Assembly: GCA_030704615.1 (NCBI GenBank)
Contig: CM060731.1
Coordinates: 71,114,001-71,178,000 of the forward strand
Length of the DNA: 64,000 nucleotides
Origin: Takakia lepidozioides
Taxonomy: Eukaryota > Plantae > Bryophyta
Reading direction: 5' to 3'
How positions within the stretch are numbered: the first letter of the stretch is position 1; each line of letters starts with the position of its first letter. Shown piece by piece: positions 27,566 to 41,564 of this stretch. Both the position numbers and the translations under genes were made by a program. The notes under the pieces were generated by a model, which ran no database searches, was not told the origin of the DNA, and worked only from the letters and a program-made list of their open reading frames with translations.

Positions 27566-30500
27566 TCACGCGTGTTTAATAAATTTTTCAGACCATAAGG
27601 TGGCACTTCCCTGCGTGTCACCCAATGTGGTATGATTAGGGGTAACAGAGTAGTCCGGGTACGGCAACACAACCTCTGAAATCATGACCGATTTCACATG
27701 GATACGGTAATAGTTGTCTGGCACATTTGCTTTCGGAAATCCAGCAATATATCCCACACCTGCCCTTCTTTTTGGTGCACAAGGATCAAACAATAACACC
27801 TTGTCGCCGATCTGAAACTGCAACAAAAACCAGATTCCTATATCAGAAATGAACCCTGGAGAACAGAGACTGACAGCTTGGCACTCCTGCAAAATGCATC
27901 CTCGTTCTTCCAGCAAACACCCCAACCCTACCTATTGCAGTACTTCCAATTCTGAATTGCATTTGCCTGTCTCTATACTCCATGCTGACATGATCAAAGG
28001 TGGAACGGTGCCATACCTAGTTGATAGCAGTTATGCATGGTCAACATGGATGTGGTAGGACGATGTCACAAAACTACCTTTGTAGGTTGTCAATCCTGCA
28101 GCTACACAGCAATACATAGGGGGTGTATTGATCCAGCATCAAACAAGGAAACAAAAGAGGACAAAGGAAGTATTACACTGTGCGGATTTTGTTGGTCACC
28201 CCATGGTTCAGTTACATCCACTGTGGTTGTAGTCTGATTGATAGCACATATTGTGCTTTCCCTGCCCATTGAACGCTTCACTGGTTTCACCATCTGCATA
28301 TTGAATGACACATGATCAAAAAATGAGAATAGCACGAATGACACACATTGTGAAGTAGCATTAACAATACAAATCCACCCACGCGCCCAAGCATTGAATC
28401 TTTTGCTCTCACCTTTCTTTGATTATGCTTTGTTGTTGCATCGGGAGGCAAAGTCGTTGGAACTCTGGCAGCAGGAAGCCCTGGTTCGGATGCCTTTGCA
28501 GATTGTTGTGATCCACTACCCATGGCTGCAGTATTGAACAAGTAGTTGGGCTGCCCATATCTGTATGGGTGCCCTGACACATACTCAGGGATGTGTGCAG
28601 CCTTGGATACACCCTCTAACCAAGGCAGTAATTCTTTCATAAGCCTCTTGCAGTTTGGCTGATCCCTCAACTTCCATGGATACGGGAAGATGCAATTATT
28701 TGCAGGGTTGGGTAAGCAAGTGAGTGGGGAATCGTCCACCAGCAAAGTATTGGTTGGATTGTAATGGCTGTAGTCCTTCCAAAACTTACATAAGTTCTTG
28801 TACATGACAGTTTTAGAAGGATTGAGAGGGTCCACCATTCCCACAGGTTGGTCACAATAGTCTTGGTGAAGCACCATCTTTGGTTGCTTCCCAGGAAACA
28901 ATGCTTTCACAACTGGAAGGACATTACTCAATGACATGGAAGACCATACACCTACATCAAAAATCTGAAGGCATCGGTCCAGAAACTCCTGACACCCAGG
29001 TCTGGAGGTGACAGTGGGCTCTAGGTGTTCCCTTGTTCGTAGTCTGCTCTCACATAACAATCCATTCAAGTCAAGTATAAGGATGTGTTTTGCCTCTCAG
29101 TTGCCGAAGGGCAATTACCAACAACTTGTACATGATTATCATGTACAAAAGACACACCTTTCTGTGGGGCACTCTGCAAATTCATGGAGACCTCACAGGC
29201 ATATTGAGAGGGTAGTACATATGCCGGAAGTGCTACTGGTGTAGGGGACAACAAAACGGATGAACACTTTGCAGTTGCCTCAACAATATGGGGGGATGGA
29301 TTGAGTTCACCTTCAGACCAACCCTCCATGTCATCATCCCCCTCCATTTCTGAAAGCCCAAACAATGAGCCTATTGTGTTTGGCTTTGGTGGCGGTGAAG
29401 AAACTGCCTTGAACAGGTTGAGTGGTGAGCCCATAACATGAGAAATAGTCTCATTTGTTGTGTGTGGCGCAAAGGTGGTGCATGGTGGACCTGTAGGTTC
29501 CGAATCTGGCACATTCATGCCAAGTTTAGCTGCGAGCGCAATGTTGAATGCAGCTGCTGCCTCCAGTTGGCCTTGGACTGCTTCCAAAGCTGCCTTGGAG
29601 CTGGCTTCCATCTGCACTTGTTTGTTTTCCATAGCATCGAGGCGAGCTGCTAGTGAACCAATTCCCTGCCCCATCACATAGAACACCTCCAAAGTAACAA
29701 TTCACTACACTGACTGATGAACTAGTAAGAAAACAGAACCAAACGGCAACTAGCAATGGCATGGAAATCACGAATATGTAATTCACACCAGAATTGGTAC
29801 TGAGTTTATATACCGTTGTGGCTGCACTGCCTGTACACCCCGAGCCGTAGCCTTTGTCACTCCTGGCGCTACCGGCGATCTCCTGCAAACTTGGTGTACG
29901 TCCAGTCTCCTTCTCCTGTGATTGCAACAAACTTGCAAGTGTTAATGACTAGCATAGCACACTGCCAACAGTAAAGAATTATCTAGGATAGCGTCAATGA
30001 CTCCCCCTCAATAAGAGTGCTTAGTTTCTTGCTGGCGCCCAACTCTGAGAAGGCCCCCAAGTAGTAGCAATGTGTACTAATTCAATGGTGATAGGAATAG
30101 ACTCTGAGCTCCAGCCAAAAAAACCCAACACATAAAGTTTGTCAATGCAAAACAATGTGGGAACTTCCTATGTTGTAAGAGAAGTATACCAGTCGTGCTA
30201 CAACACCGCTGATTCCACTGCGACCTGATCGAGATGTATTCTTCACACATCCCCGCGCCTTGACACCATTTGCCTGAAATTTCTTGAAATCAGTGGAACC
30301 CCAACTAACAACTAGTTGTGCCCATGTCTTGTCTGGCACATGATGGGGTTTGGGCAGCCCCACACTATAGTAATTTTTGAACAGCTTATTTCGTTGGTAC
30401 TTGAGCTGCCCGCAAATTGTTTTTGTAATAGCCTTTATGTTAAGACCAGGAGGTCCGTATTCCCAATCTGAAGCCAGGATCTCCATGATCTTTTCAATTA

Positions 30501-31506
30501 AGTGTAATGGTTGATCCTGAGCATACAATGACCAGTCCAACAAACGTTGACACTGCCCTCGCAGAGCTGTCATCCACTGGTTCCGAGCAGGACCTTCAGG
30601 GTTTCCAAGTTCATCACAAGAAATGAAAAATTTCCTCCTCCCTACAGCCACATTCTGAGCAGCCTGGTCTCTCAGATCTTTTGCAACCCTCCTTAAAGCA
30701 TTTTTGCGTTCTATAGGAGTCACACCTGATGTCCCCCCAGGACTAAGGCTGGAATCCTGCAAGGTTTCAGCAGTACCATGCATGTTACCACCTTCACTCT
30801 GTTGGGGCTGGACTGCTGTCTCCCACCCCACAGGATGATGCGGAGCAAATGCATCCTCGGTCTGTTTCAGAATGCCTTTCCCTTTCAGGGTATTAGGTGT
30901 ACCTGGAGATGTTGGATAAAGAGGTGGCCGCGGTGCAGTGAAGCTCGAAGGTGCCGGCAGTTGTACTCCACTGTAGTTGGATCCTGAAGGTTGGTGGCCA
31001 CCATACTGGACCTGCCCCTGGTGTGGTCTTGCAGGGCTGGTAGGATAGAGGGAGGAAGTAGGTTGGTTGTACATAGGCCGAGGAGGATACATACTATGGG
31101 GATGCATTCCATAATGGTGGTAAATGGAATACCCACCTTGACTAGGATCATGCATTGGAGCGCCTGCAGGTGGAGCAAAAGAATTGTAATTCTGGCACTG
31201 AGAATCATTGTTTGGAGGTTGATAGTGAGGATACGGCATGTGCCCATGCAGATTATACCCTGACATGGCAGGATACTGTGGGTACATAAGCGGATACGAG
31301 GGAGGAGCCGATACTGGTGGATACAAGGGAGCTGGAACGTCAGTCTGTGGAGTGGGCGGGGCTGGTTTTTCGTAAGGGGGAACAACCGCGCCACTCATCA
31401 CAGCAGTTGGCGCAATAGTTGGTGCACACTTTGCTGGAGTAAGAGACTTATGCTCGTTCGCATCCTTCCCTGCAATTCCCTTCCTTTTTTTGACTGAACT
31501 CTGCAC
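27566..31506 (-). CDS. CACTA TnpA-like multi-exon gene with an internal FCP1/NIF HAD-phosphatase domain and a C-terminal Tnp1/EnSpm-like domain
   Basis: TnpA-like PKPHHVPDKTWAQLVVSW...SRSGRSG; HILILDLNGLL...RPGCQEFL...VGVWSS...NTLLVDDSP at 28,600-29,090; terminal exon RIHVKSVMISEVVLPYP...TLGDTQGSATLWSEK. Confidence 0.65.
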
Positions 31507-31649
31507 ACATTGCTCAACAGAAACATGTGAAACAATACGACCATACTACTAGGGATGGCAAACCACGTGGGTAAGCCAAGCCCAAAGGCCTATGCAAGAA
31601 GACCCTGTCAGTCAGACCTATGGTACAGTCAGCTGAATCGCATGCCTCA

Positions 31650-32930
31650 TACCAGCGACCCTATGATAAATACCTGAATATTAGGAAGGAAGAACTCACC
31701 CTGCTAGATGAATCTGACGTGGAGGCTGAAGTGTCTAAGGCCATGTCAAAAGCATGAAGAATGTCCGAACAAAACAATGTTAGGCATAAACTTCCCTGAA
31801 CTCGTTTCCAGTTTGTGACATGGGTGAGGACTTTGAGGATGATCTGAAGGGCAGACCTACCCTTGGCACTAGACTGAAAATTTAACCTCCGGATGGGGAG
31901 TCTACCTTTGAACAATAAACAGATGCAGAGAGGAAAGGGAGATTGTCGATGCTCACTGGTGTGGGTGGCCTGAAGACAATGTCCATTTTGTGATACAAGT
32001 CTGGGGTATTCTCATCAGAGAGCGACCCTCTTCAGGACCATCAAGAACATAGTCCCTGCACCTCTGTTCACCAACTATCAATATCTCAAGGCTGAGTCTA
32101 AAGCGGTGGGCCCTGTTGGGGTCTCATTGCTTGGTAGCCCACATACAACAAAACTGATGAACGTGTGAAGGGCTTTCTAAAAGGAATCTGGAAAGCCTGA
32201 ACTAATGTTTATAACACGGTAAGTCCTACTAATGGAGTGAGCCCCTCATTCTAATGGCAGACAGTTAATTAACTGTCTAGAAGATCTTCAGCTTTTCACC
32301 TTGAATATCAGGACAAGAGGTGACCAAGTGCAGTGGACTCGTGAGAAATCCCAAACTGGGGAACGCTCCATTGTGGATTATATCATAATGGACAAAAATT
32401 TGTTCCCCCAGTGTGCGAATGTGTTGATCGACAGAACTGATATTGCTACCTCTGACCAGTTCCTGGTTTGGAATGAGATCAAAAGGTGTTTTCCCAACAC
32501 CAAGAGATATGTGAAACATTCGATTCGGAAGTGGCGCATAGAAAAACTTCATAATGAGGAGGTCAAGGTTGAGTATGTCCAGGCCTTGCAAGAGGCTCTC
32601 CCTCTCGATGCAATCGCTCCAAGAACTTCAGTCTCGCTCTGATAACGCAAGAAATGAAGTCGAAAGAGCAGGGGACTCTTGGGAGAGTTTCGTTTCCTCC
32701 GTGGTTGACAAGATCATTGGGATGAAACTAATTGTCTGTGCTAGAGCTGTTAATTGGTGGACCAATGAGATTAAACTCAAGATAGCTGAGAGACGAGCCC
32801 TCTATAAAGAGTGCTGCAATTTGGAAACCAACAGAGAATTGTGGGCGAGGTACTACCAGCTCCGTAAAGATATCAATCAGCTTGTTAGGTCTCAGAACCC
32901 TAAATTATACTGGGACAAGTTATATAGTGT
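31650..32930 (+). mobile_element. Degenerate non-L1 LINE fragments: a 3' end (31,650-32,270) followed by an APE C-terminus/linker (32,300-32,930)
   Basis: SIVDYII...SDQFLVW and NWWTNEIK. Bases 31,690-31,880 are homologous to the LINE 3' region at 57,320-57,520 (LTLLD.SD.EA.VS, FPVCDMGED..DDLKG.PTLGT.LK). Confidence 0.7.
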
Positions 32931-33587
32931 TTGAAACTCGGAACTTTGGTGCAGATCGCAAACCTGCTGATGGGTTGGGGAGTTTGCAGGGTGCTTTGCG
33001 CGCTTTCTCTTTGTTGGGGCTTCTTTCATCGTTTCCATCTCTGACTCCGAGCTGGTCTCATTCAAGTCTTCATGTGCGGCATAATCTTGGTCTCGCTGCA
33101 ATTCTTGCTCTCGTGCCTCCTCTGTGTCTGACTCCGCTACCACCTGCGCTTCCTCCTCTTGCTCTACCTCTTTCTCCCGTTGTGACATTGCAGAGTGCAG
33201 GAGTTGAACTCTGTGACTTCGGCGAGGAGGACCTGTGTGTTTGAGGATTTCCTCAACGAGGCGTTTAGGGCGACTCAATCTCGCTTCGACGCTGCAAAGA
33301 AGAAGAAGAAAGACAATGTCAGCAGCAGCAAAACCCTAACATATCCTCTCTGCAGGTTTGGAGCTTTTAATGCGGTTTCATGGCTAGGGCTAGGTAGGGC
33401 ATATGAAAAAACGCAAGTTCGGACCTCTTTGCAATGTCGTAGATCTTCAGTCGTGCGAAGAATGCCTTGTTCTCCGCTTGACGCTTTGCTCGTTCTACCT
33501 CCCTCGCTGTAGGCTTGCGCCCTGGTGTAACTTCTGGACACTCTATGTCTGTCTCCATTTCCTGACGAGTCTCACTCAGTCGCCAAG

Positions 33588-36500
33588 ATGATCCCTCCTA
33601 CTGCCCATCGATTGCAAAGGCGGACACAAGCAGAACATGACGATGACAGATTGTGGAAACTAGAGGAAGCGCGAGCAAGAAGACTGGGTCTTCGGAAAAT
33701 TCTATGTCCATGCAATGCCTGTCATGGTGGGAACTGGCAAACCATTGGCCGGGCTAAGCGTCATCTGCTTTTGAACTTGCGAGATCCTAACTTGCGAGAA
33801 CTCCCGGTGCATATCTGTGGATTCTCTTCCCTTAACCCTGATGCATACTTTGAAATTATAAGAAACAGTTCAAATTCCTGGTAGCGGGATTGTTGTAAGG
33901 TGTAGAGTATTGTACATGCCCGTTTTCCTATTGCCACGTGCCTGTATTATGGCACGTTCCACATCCACCATTTCCAACCCTAAACTCCCCATCTTATTGT
34001 GGATTGACATGTGGACTGATATGCTTATAAGCAGGAAAACTCTGGAGACGAACATGAGGGGTTTAGAACGGAAACCAGCCCTGCAGGTGGTCCTGATACC
34101 TTGGATCGTAATCTTGACATGCTTAGAATGCTCCGGGAGACATTCGCAACTACAGATAATGGGGTGCAAACTGGTGATGCACATGAGGAACCGGGAGATG
34201 GAACACAGGGCCAATGGGACACAGATGGAGTGCCAGAGCAGACTGATGGTGGACTGAAGAGCGATGGTGATCGTGGTGCAGCGAGTGCCTTACGTTTTGA
34301 GCAGGAGGCATCCAGGGCTTTGTATGTAGGGAGTTCTTCCTCTCGATTGTCTGCTACCTTACTGCTGTTAAATGCTTGTCAAACCCATGGTGTGTCAAAC
34401 ACCTTTGTCGATGAACTCCTTACATTGTTAGGAAGACAACTGTTGCCAGCAGACAATTGCCTGCCAAAGTCCCACTATGAGGCAAAACAACTCATAATGG
34501 AACTCGGGCTTCATTACGAGAGTATACATGCATGTCCGAAAGGTTGTGTGTTGTTCAGAAGGGAGCTTCAAAATTTGGAGGTTTGTCCAAAATGTCAGGC
34601 ATGTCGTTATGTGGTGGGTACGAAGACACCAGTACCTCGTAAGGTCCTTCGACATTTCCCTATCATTCCAAGGCTGCTTCGAATGTATAAAGCCAAATCC
34701 ATCTCAGAGTTATTGTCATGGCACTTTAAGAATCGAAGTTTGGATGGCTTGGTTAGGCACCCAGCAGACAGCAAGGCTTGGGCCCACATTGACCAAAAAT
34801 GGCCTGAGTTTGCAGCGGACCCCAGAAATCTGCGATTGGGTCTCGCATGGGATGGTGTCAATCCTTACAGTGATAAATCAAACAAATGGTCAACTTGGCC
34901 TGTCATGTTGGTAAACTATAATCTTCCACCATGGCTGTGTACTAAGCCATTTTTCACGATGTTGGCTTTATTGATTCCTGGACCACAATCTGTGGGAAAT
35001 GACAATGCAGATGTTTATCTGCAGCCCCTTGTGGATGAGCTGAAATTGTTGTGGGAAGTTGGTGTGGAGGCATTGGATGGAAGTAGCCTAGTGGGGCAAC
35101 AGTCATTTCGCATGAGGGCCATCTTGATGTGGTCAATCCACGACTTTCCAGCTTATGGGTTGCTAGCAGGATGCGCACACGGGGGATACAAGGCCTGCCC
35201 AGCTTGCGGCCCTAATGTTGATTCCAGGTACTCCAAGGCATGCAAAAAAGTTTTGTATCTTGGTCATAGGAGATACTTGCCTGCTATTCATCCCTATAGG
35301 AATAACTCGTCCCACTTTAATGGACATGTGGAACATAGAGCAGCTCCTATGGTGGTCACTGCAAGTGAGCAATTTGACCGGGCTACAACCAGAGAGTTGT
35401 ATCTCGCAATGGGAGGGGCTGAGGGGGGAAAACTGGACCCTTCAAAGGAACATGGCATGAAACGGGTCACTGTTTTGAACCAATTGCCATACTGGAAAGA
35501 CTTACTCATCCGATACACACTGGATGTGATGCATTGTGAAAAAAATTTGTGTGAGAATGTGCTGAGAACCATTCTTGGGGAGAAGGACACAGCCACATCT
35601 AGGAAGGATATGGAACTCAATGTCATTCGTGAACACTTGTGGTTGAGACCCCATCCCTCTCACCCGAACAAGTTGGTCAAGCCTTTGGCCCCATATGTTC
35701 TTACTGAAGATGAGAAGGTGCTGTTTTTGGAAACATTGGCTGCAGTAAAGGCCCCCACAGGTTATGCTGCCACATTCCAGAAACATGTGGCTGACAATAA
35801 ACTGTCTACAATGAAAACCCATGACTACCATGTAATGATGCAGCAGATTTTACCTCTTTGCATTCGAGGGGTATTGGGAAAGGGTCCACGGATGGCAATT
35901 ATGAGGCTTTCTCGAGTCTTCCAAAAAGTGTGTGCAAAGATCATTAATCCAGCTGAGGTACCGGCCTTAAAAGAAGATGTTGCAATCACTATGTGTCTGC
36001 TGGAGAAAGAATTCCCTCCGTCATTTTTTGATATCATGACTCACTTGCTTGTACACCTTGTGGACGAATTGGAGGTGTGTGGTCCCGTGTCTAGCCGTTG
36101 GATGTATCCTATGGAACGGTATATGAAGACATTAAAAGGCTATGTAAGGAATATGAGCCGACCTGAAGGGAGCATGGCGGAAGGGTATGCTTTGGATGAG
36201 GCCCTAGGGTTTCTAACTGAGTATATGGCTGAATTTCATGCTACAAGCCGAAGGGTGTGGGACTCCAATGAAGAAGACTCAGTTAGTGGGGAGGTGGTTG
36301 AAGGATTGGGAACTGTACGAGTCCTCACCATTCAAGAACGAGACAGTGCACACGAGTATATTTTGCACAACACAGATTGCATGAAACCATTCCTTGAGTA
36401 AGTATGTTGCTTATCATATCCTGTGTGTTTCATTTCTGCCAATGGTATAAGCTGTAATCCTAATTTGCAATTCTCATTTGGACAGGGCCTATGAAGAGGA

Positions 36501-37398
36501 GATGGCACTCATAGAAGCATCCCGCACTGAGTTCAGAACAGCATACCTTTGTGGACAAGACCAAGACCACCACAATGGAGAAATTCCATACCCAACAGAT
36601 ATGCGCTTACTGGCTCCATTCCATGAATGGATTGAAGGTGCTGTCCAACGCAAAGTGAGTTCAGGTGAGTCCTATGATTTGGACATATGCCATTTATGTA
36701 TACCACCAGCAGTACAGTCATTGGGCTTCAAGTCCATGTATGCTTACGGCAATCACTTTCGAGCAATAAGTGATGGGACTGGCGCCAGAGACAGGGTGAC
36801 ATTTGATTCTGGAGTTGCTCAAGTATTCCATCAGGAAAGCGAAAACAGAGCAGGTATGTCCAGACGAGTGTTATCCCAATTGGAATATGTGGGTGTTGTA
36901 AGAGAAATAATTCAACTGGATTACGGAATTCTTCACCCAATTCTGTTCTTGTGTACATGGGTGAGGTCACACATGGTGGGCCGGAATGCCACCATGAAAC
37001 GAGATGATTATGGCTTTCTCTTGGTTGACTTCAGTCGCATGTTGCCTGGGATGGAGCAGCCCTGGACATTCCCTAGTCAGGTGGAGCAAGTTTTTTTCTC
37101 GGATGAAAAAAGTTCACGAGGGAACTGGAAGGTGGTCCTTCACAAGGACCCTCGATCCCGACGAGTGGTTCACGATATTACAGAAGTGGCACTGGGTGAG
37201 GGAGACATTTATGTAGGCATGGTGCCTCCTGAAATTCCTCATAACATCATGACTGAGCTTGCTGTTTGTGTTCCTTTGAGTGAGGCAGATGAATTGGCCA
37301 TTGCCAACTTGAATGCACCTGCAAGGCAGAGGCGAAATGGTAGAAGGCGGAGGCAAGCTCCACATGGGAGGTACCAAGCCAGTTGTGCTATGGTGTAG
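33588..37398 (+). CDS. TnpD: CACTA TnpD transposase, apparently intact, 3 exons (33588-33806, 34035-36397, 36486-37398)
   Basis: ILCPCNAC, IHACPKGCVLF, HPADSKAW, LAWDGVNPY, IHDFPAY, LDVMHCEKN, MKTHDYH, FFDIMTHLLVHL, RWMYPMER, FLCTWV, PSQVEQVFF. Splice phases are compatible. Confidence 0.93.
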
Positions 37399-38997
37399 AG
37401 TTGGTTTCTGCTATTGCATGTACTTTTCCAGGGTTTAGACTTGATACAGCATGGTACCTTCCATGGGTGGGAGTGACTGAGCTGTTGGGGTGGGCAGACA
37501 AACACACTTTCATTTGTGACAGTGAACCCTAAACAGTCATGAAGCTGTGGCATGAATACTTTTCTGACCCTAATCAATGGTGGCCCAATTGTGGGAAAAA
37601 GTGAATGCATGTTGGATTATAGAGAGTAGCAGATGCAATTGAGCATAGGAACTAGTGTGAGAAGTTGAGTTGGGTGTTTCCTTGAACAAATGTAGGCTGT
37701 TATTGTCAGTTGCTACCAGCAAGGCAAAGATGTATGCATGATTTGTGAGAGGCATGGATAGCTGAAGGAGCAGGGATAGAGTGTGGGTCCAGATTCATCG
37801 GTGAGGGCCACATTTCAAGCACAACATTGCCTATGATTCCTTGTGGAAGGATTGGTACAAGAAACCTGCATGGGTAGATGGTCAACTGGAAGCCGCAGCA
37901 GCAGCGGCACAATTGGTAAAATCAGGCGATGAGGGCACCTTCTTCAACACATTTCAGCCTGTTTTTCCCCCTTATCACAATCGGCCCTAAATTTCCATGT
38001 TGAATTATGCAAGTTAGCTGGTTGACTGAATCTTTGATAGATTGGAGTGACTTTGACATGATACTGCCAATGTGACAACAGGAAAGTATCCAGAAACAGG
38101 TACAAGAGATGAGGAGAAGGTGTGGAATGAATACTTTTCTGATTTGGTCAAGTTTAGGGAGTGTTCAACACCATGGCTGAACAAGATGTGGTGTCGTGGA
38201 GCGCGATGCTTGCAGGATGTGCACAACAGTGAAGTGGGATGGAGCCTTTGAATTGCTGAATTGGCCATTGCCAACTTGAATGCACCTGCAAGGCAAAGGC
38301 AAAATGGTAGAAGGCGGAGGCAAGCTCCACATGGGAGGTACCAAGCCAGTTGTGCTATGGTGTAGAGTTGGTTTCTGCTATTGCATGTACTTTTCCAGGG
38401 TTTATACTTGATACAGCATGGTACCTTACATGGGTGGGAGTGACTGAGCTGTTGGGGTGGGCAGAATTCTGACAAACACACTTTCATTTGTGACAGTGAA
38501 CCCTAAACAGTCATGAAGCTGTGGCATGAATACTTTTCTGACCCTAATCAATGGTGGCCCAATTGTGGCAAAAAGGTGAATGTCTGTTGGATTATAGAGA
38601 GTAGCAGATGCAATTGAGCATATGAACTAGTGTGAGAAGTTGAGTTGGGTGTTTCCTAGAACAAATGTAGGCTGTTATTGTCAGCTGCTACCAGCAAGGC
38701 AAGGATGTATGCATGATTTGTGAGAGGCATGGATAGCTGAAGGAGCAGGGATAGAGTGTGGGTCCAGATTCATCGGTGAGGGCCACATTTCAAGCACAAC
38801 ATTGCCTATGACTCCTTGTGGGAGAATAGCTACAAGAAACCTGCATGGGTAGATGGTCAACTGGAAGCCGCAGCAGCAGCGACACAATTGGTAAAATCAG
38901 GCAATGAGGGCACCTTCTTCAACACATTTCACCCTGTTTTTCCCTCTTATTAGAATCGGCCCTAAATTTCTATGTTGAATTCTGCAAGTTAGCTGGT
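37290..38997 (+). repeat. Direct duplication of ~735 bp (37,290-38,022 and 38,257-38,997) including the TnpD 3' end
   Basis: The two copies are near-identical, offset by ~967-975 bp. Confidence 0.92.
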
Positions 38998-39350
38998 GGT
39001 GGACACATGTATAGCAAATGTGGGAGCACTGAGGATGCATGTTCAACACTATGGCTGAACGAGATTGTGCGTTTGCAGTGCGTGTGCAAGTCTGGCAGCT
39101 TTGGATGCATCACCAAAGTTGGAATTGTAACAGATGCAATCCAAATGTGGGGAGCATCAAGGGTATGCCAAATGCCTCGTATGCCAAATGTGGGAGCATC
39201 AAGGGCAAACCTGGCAGCTCTGGAAAAAAGGAAGAGGTCCATGGCTTCATTGTCAAAGCTGGAATTCTACCTGATGTGATTATGAACAATGCCCTCGTGG
39301 ACATGTATGCCAAATGTGGGAGCATCAAGGATTCGAAGGCAGTTTTCCAA
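38155..39350 (+). pseudogene. Scrambled PLS-PPR gene fragments (38,155-38,230 and 38,998-39,350)
   Basis: VFNTMAEQDVVSWSAMLAGCAQQ, MYSKCGSTEDA and [29 protein letters not shown], the same motif family as the gene at 6946-8955. Confidence 0.8.
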
Positions 39351-40639
39351 CACTATGGCTCTTGGAGTGATTTTGACATGTACCAGCGAAGGGGAGAAAG
39401 TGGGGCCCTCAGTAGACGAGTTGAAAAGCACTAGTTAAAAAGCACTAGTTAAAAAGCACTGGCGCTTGATAGGGGGGGCAAAATTCAGGCTGGGGTGATC
39501 ATTGATATCCCGGACGCAATGTAGAAAAGACGGTTGTGAGTGAAGGACACCCGTAGCAAAAAAACCCTGTTGTCTCAAAAAAGGAGGCAGTCACAAAGAG
39601 CAAGGCACTTTGTCCAAGCTTCTCGAATCTAGCAACAATGTGGACAGGGATTGAGTCATTGGGAACAATTTATGTAAGGTGGCGAAGAAAACCTTGTCTG
39701 AGGATCACTGGATATTTCTCTAGTACGGTTGGACTGGTAGAGATTGAAATCCGTGCTCAGCTCAGCTTCAGACTGTCTCATTGTGAAGGGTCACGGTTGA
39801 CTGGACAGAAATGGGATTGACATTGCCGGGCTCCCAAATCTCTGAGACGAGAAGTGGTAGTTTTATCTATAGCTTCTCAAAGCAATTGTTTTACATTGTT
39901 CATTATAGTGTGACATTCTCATAACGATATTGTCGTCAGCTGCATGAGCAGTGCATCTTTTTGGATTGTTGGTCCCCATAACCCTAATAACCTTTTTGAA
40001 CTTTTTAAATTCTCTAAACAAAAGTCTATGTGTTATGTCGTCCAGGGCATGTTGAATAGAGGTGGAAGTCATTTTATCCATCCATCTTCCACCTGGATGG
40101 TCAATGGGCCAAGTCATATCCACCTTGATGGTCAATGTGCCATGCCATATAGTTGCCCCAAATTCCTGTAGGACATCTGACACTCACTTCACACTCCATG
40201 ACTCATTTGACACTCATGTCAAATGCCCCATATGAATTATCTTGGTCAACATCTGTTGACCGTATGGGTGTCATTCGAGTGTGAAATTTGTAACACCATG
40301 TGGCTTTTCCTACAATGATCCAAATCACACCTTGCCTCGTCTCACATGGGTGTAAGAAGAGCCGTTCAAAGTGCCAGGTGTGAACTATGGGTGGTGTTGG
40401 AAAAACCGGTTTAGTAGTGCCGCGCCCAGTTTGAGCGGAAACAAAAGGGACAGAACCTGCCTCTGTCAGGGGGCTAACGTTGGTAGTAAGACTTACCTTC
40501 ATATATAGAATTAATCTGGGTTTTCCAGATATCCACTAGAAATCCCTTCACACAAGCATCAAACTGCTGTGTGTGATTTGCCCAATAACTAGGCCTCAGG
40601 AGGGCCTGGGCTTTTGGCTCGGCCTTGAGACTTTCAAAG

Positions 40640-41304
40640 TTAAGAATAGTCTGCCTTGCAACACATTCAGTGAGTGTTCACACCGGCATCAGGAAGGACC
40701 AGCCTGCAATTAATTACACTTCAAGCCTGCCACCAAGTACACTTCTTGGGCAAGGTAAGCCATATTACATCTTCACATTTGGCCAAATGTAAGCACCCCA
40801 AAAGCATGCATCGTGCAAGGCCTTCTGGGTATGTAAGAACAGTATGTCATTGTATATATATTCAGGACCAATGCCCATAGGACTCTTGCATGGAAGAAAG
40901 GCCTGCCCTGTCACAGCATCCAGATCTGGACATACATACACTTTGAGTGCCCAAGACCAAGCCCACTTGGCCAAGATAAATCATACAATGCATGTGGCTG
41001 TTCATATGGCAAAATAGAGTAAATAATCATTGGCCAGAGTCCTTTAGAGCTTACCGTCATTGTTTCACAGGAGGCTAATGCCATGTTTTGCAAATAGAAC
41101 CTCAATATGCTCCATTCCACAACAAAACCAGGTCTGAAAAAAGGCCTGTCACTGCCTTATCAGGCTGTCTTTTTTAACAAAACTCAGGTCTCTTCATCCT
41201 TAGAGCCAAACAACCATTTATGACTTGTCCCTTACACCATCAATCCTCTTTTAAGGCCAAAAAAAAAGGGGGAACCTAGTCTAAAAATCCACAGACAAAG
41301 CTGT
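40640..41304 (+). repeat. Dispersed repeat unit, copy 1 (other copies at ~58,797-59,567 and ~61,903-62,683)
   Basis: Shares gagtgttcacaccggc...ctaaaaatc. This copy lacks ~140 bp present in the other two. Confidence 0.88.
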
Positions 41305-41564
41305 CAAAGATTCAAGACAAGGTAGGATTCACATGCAGTGCTGCATGAGACAAGGCTGTCAGGCCAAAGTGCTCCATCAGCAGCAGCAAAAGATAAGTCA
41401 GAAGCAAGCATCATCATGTCAAACCGGGAGCAAGTGGGCCGAAATCGGGGCTGCAGGCAGCAGCAGTATGTTCCTTTTGCACACATCCTTATCTGCAAGC
41501 TCAAGAGAATTCAAAGTAGGTAGGGATCCTCACCTAGTCCCATCACAAGCCCCCACAAAAACCA

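Noticed and set aside
39863-40502. Minus-strand ORFs resembling decayed retroelement coding sequence
   Set aside because: No diagnostic RT, RNase H or integrase motif could be read.
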